The notes beneath the pieces are model-generated. The model worked only from the letters and a program-made list of their open reading frames with translations, was not told the origin of the DNA and did not search any database. Both the position numbers and the translations under genes were made by a program. 64,000 nucleotides of DNA from Parasitella parasitica NRRL 2501 (Eukaryota > Fungi > Mucoromycota), in NCBI GenBank assembly GCA_025201805.1, contig MU619272.1:68515-132514 (forward strand). Direction: 5' to 3'. Numbering within the stretch: the first letter of the stretch is position 1; every line of letters starts with the position of its first letter. Shown here piece after piece: positions 63,363 to 64,000 of the stretch.

Positions 63363-64000
63363 ATGCCACGCATACCTATTTACCCTGAAGTGGAGAAGTT
63401 CATCATCCTCAAGAAACGTACAAAGCTAGAGGAGGTCGAATCTGATAACAAGAAGGAAAACTCTACCACTCAGACCCCAAAGAGAACATGTAAGTAAAAA
63501 GAAACACTTTATGTAATTCCAAGGTTTTACAAGCTAATGCATATAAAGCTACCAAGAGGAAGGACTCTCCTGCTTTAATAACAGCAAAAAGGAATGCAAA
63601 GAAAAGTCGCCAAGCTAGTACTTCAGCAGCATCATCCTCTAAGAATAATTGTAGCTCTTGTCAAGAGGAAGGGCATAGCTCTGCAAGAAGTTCCCAATGC
63701 AAAAACTATAATCCAAAGCTACCGGAACGTCTACAAATCAGACTTGGATCCCATCAAAGATACACTCTCTCTGTTCCATTTGAAACTCTTTGTAATGATA
63801 CTCCAAACAAAGCCAATGCTTTAAAAAAAGTCAAGGACATATCAAGCTTTGTCCGTGAAGTCTTGTTCAAAGCTCAACTATTTGTAAATCATTTTATTCT
63901 GCTACATCCAACCAAGCTGACAAATGACTTCTTTGATCAAAATTTTTGGTATACTATTTCAAGAGTTATTAGGGGCAGCTCAGATAAAGTAAAGCCAACT
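63363..64000 (+). CDS. Probable Fanzor1 (TnpB-related RNA-guided nuclease), 5' part; runs off the window
   Basis: Exon 63363-63489, GTAAGT..AAAG intron, then an open exon from 63549 to the window end. CCHC-like knuckle CSSCQEEGHSSARSSQC, then VKDISSFVREVLFKAQLFVNHFIL...FFDQNFWYTISRVI. Confidence 0.7.

Overview
Intron-rich fungal genomic DNA, most likely from the Mucorales (short ~50-60 nt introns, long A/T homopolymers, Mucorales-type Tc1 and Fanzor-like sequence), with three N gaps. About 22 host protein genes can be modelled: two F-box/LRR, TauD, WDR44-like, Slo/BK-like K+ channel, Pin1/Ess1, Brr6, FANCA-like, SF3B2/CUS1, a mitochondrial carrier, DUG2, LysRS, a formylglutamate-hydrolase-like protein, a CAD-type ADH, EMC10, two tandem secreted choice-of-anchor-A-like proteins, SMN, NFX1/FAP1, a Clr2-N protein, a cupin and MSH6. 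Main highlights: (1) A 5.2-kb composite-transposon-like unit at 16729-21947, made of two directly repeated Tc1 deletion derivatives around an intact 7-exon PD-(D/E)xK nuclease-like gene. It sits at one TA inside an F-BAR/DEP/RhoGAP pseudogene, whose frame rejoins exactly when the unit is removed. (2) The 5' part of a probable Fanzor1 gene at the right edge, missed by the ORF track. (3) A U12-type AT-AC intron in Brr6. (4) A short FANCA-like gene. (5) A hairpin-dense intergenic segment that may be a structured ncRNA with some telomerase-RNA-like features. All family assignments come from recalled motifs; no database search was run.
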